Positions 54,353-55,104 of a stretch of 55,104 nt of DNA are shown here, piece after piece. Below the pieces are notes generated by a model. That model made no database searches. It was not told where the DNA came from and was given only the letters and a program-made list of their open reading frames with translations. The translations under genes and the position numbers were made by a program. Numbering within the stretch: position 1 is the first letter of the stretch; every line of letters starts with the position of its first letter. This DNA comes from Candidatus Eiseniibacteriota bacterium (lineage in GTDB: Bacteria; Eisenbacteria; RBG-16-71-46). Where the stretch lies: NCBI GenBank assembly GCA_020849095.1, contig JADLGX010000374.1, forward strand, positions 1 through 55,104, given 5' to 3'.

Positions 54353-55104
54353 ATGACGTGGGGGAACTCCCCGCCGCCGCTGCCGTCCGCGGCTTCCGCT
54401 CCGCCCGCTTCGCGCGGCGGGCCGGCGGCGCTGGCGCGGCGCGTTCTTCCGGCCGGCCTGTTCCTGCTGCTGCCTCTCATGGCGGCGCTGGCCATGAGCC
54501 TGGCGTTCGCTCATCTGGGCGAGACCCAGGAAGCGGCCACGAGTTCGCTCGCCGCGCTGCGCCACGTCGAGGAGCGCTCGACGTACATGCGCTGGCACTG
54601 CGAGGCGGTCACGCGTGGCGTTCCCGCGAGCGCGGCGATCCTGGGCGAACTCGCCGAGGAGTTCTCGGTCACGCTCGCCGGCACCGTGCGGGAACGGCTG
54701 CAACCCGACGCGGGCGCCGAGGACGACGCGGCGAGAGTGCACGCCGCGTGGGCCCGGCTGGACGAGGAGTGGGCGGACCTGCAGGGACTCCTGCCGGCGG
54801 TGGCCAAGGCGCCGGCCGGCAGTCGCGAGCTGGCCGAGCTGGGCGGGCGCGCCGAGGTCCATGCCGCCCATCTCGAACTGGCGGCTCATGACCTCGTGGC
54901 GAAGTCCGAGGTATTCGAGCGGGAGTCCCTGGAGGCGGACATCGGCCGCCTCGGGCTTCTCGCCACGCTCCTGCTGCTCGCGTTCAGCGGGTTCTCGCTG
55001 GTGTTGTTCGTGCGCACCGCCCAGGTGCGCGAGCGCGAGGGGCAGATCCGCCGGCTGGCGCTGGTCGCGGAGCATTCGGGCAGCGGCATGATCGTGGCGG
55101 ACGA
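54353..55104 (+). CDS. Membrane sensor protein, 5' part (two TM segments flanking a helical periplasmic domain, then a probable PAS start)
   Basis: Hand-translated. The frame is open to the window end, so it is absent from the ORF track. ATG 54353, high GC3. Hydrophobic LFLLLPLMAALAMSLAF and LLATLLLLAFSGFSLVLFV, then ...RRLALVAEHSGSGMIVAD. The antisense 276-aa ORF looks like a GC artefact. Confidence 0.6.
   Translation, partial: MTWGNSPPPLPSAASAPPASRGGPAALARRVLPAGLFLLLPLMAALAMSLAFAHLGETQEAATSSLAALRHVEERSTYMRWHCEAVTRGVPASAAILGELAEEFSVTLAGTVRERLQPDAGAEDDAARVHAAWARLDEEWADLQGLLPAVAKAPAGSRELAELGGRAEVHAAHLELAAHDLVAKSEVFERESLEADIGRLGLLATLLLLAFSGFSLVLFVRTAQVREREGQIRRLALVAEHSGSGMIVAD

Noticed and set aside
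54245-55075. 276-aa minus-strand ORF at the window end.
   Set aside because: It is a low-complexity, Arg/Gln/Glu-rich translation. The + strand frame, open to the window edge, gives a coherent two-TM sensor N-terminus with high GC3.

Overview
High-GC bacterial chromosomal segment, G+C judged by eye and a few hand-counted lines, not computed. It is densely packed with about 40 CDS and one tRNA. Many adjacent genes are translationally coupled through ATGA or GTGA start/stop overlaps. Most of the content is ordinary core metabolism and transport:
- a beta-1,2-glucan degradation pair (secreted GH144-like glucanase, 3' part, plus a GH94 phosphorylase)
- msrA and an M20 peptidase
- a MATE exporter
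- cysK-cysE
- an RND pump with its adaptor
- a CDF transporter, a 4xS1-domain protein and a GltP-type symporter
- gltA and a glutathione peroxidase
- tRNA-Cys
- a purple-acid-phosphatase-like exoenzyme
- a lipoprotein cytochrome c
- an Oar-like TonB-dependent receptor
- a hybrid histidine kinase
- an MFS transporter
- a GT39 plus AsnB-like operon
- the oxidative pentose-phosphate operon gnd-zwf-pgl
- a GT2 glycosyltransferase
- ndh, sthA-osmC and fumC with a PLP dehydratase
- the 5' part of a membrane sensor

Three exported proteins carry FlgD-Ig/T9SS-type C-terminal domains. Together with the GC content this suggests a Gemmatimonadota- or Eisenbacteria-like organism; that is inference only.

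I found no CRISPR array, rRNA, intact mobile element, integrase, toxin-antitoxin pair or recognisable defence system, and I cannot honestly point to a clear multi-gene novel system. The observations most worth a second look are:
1. A 28/29-identical 29-nt direct repeat brackets the cytochrome c gene. One copy is the last sense codons of the TonB-dependent receptor.
2. An orphan transcription unit lies upstream of the hybrid kinase. It has an A-tract plus TTGACC, a perfect Shine-Dalgarno with a 14-codon ORF, and a very strong intrinsic terminator.
3. The cysK-cysE leader looks like an attenuator, with a mini-ORF carrying TGT-TGT-CGT-CGT-CGT ahead of a terminator hairpin.
4. An orphan FdnI-type cytochrome b gene is interrupted by an amber codon and has a zinc-ribbon tail.
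5. Two unrelated secreted hypothetical proteins share the extreme C-terminal tail [ST]WGxxKxx[YV]R.
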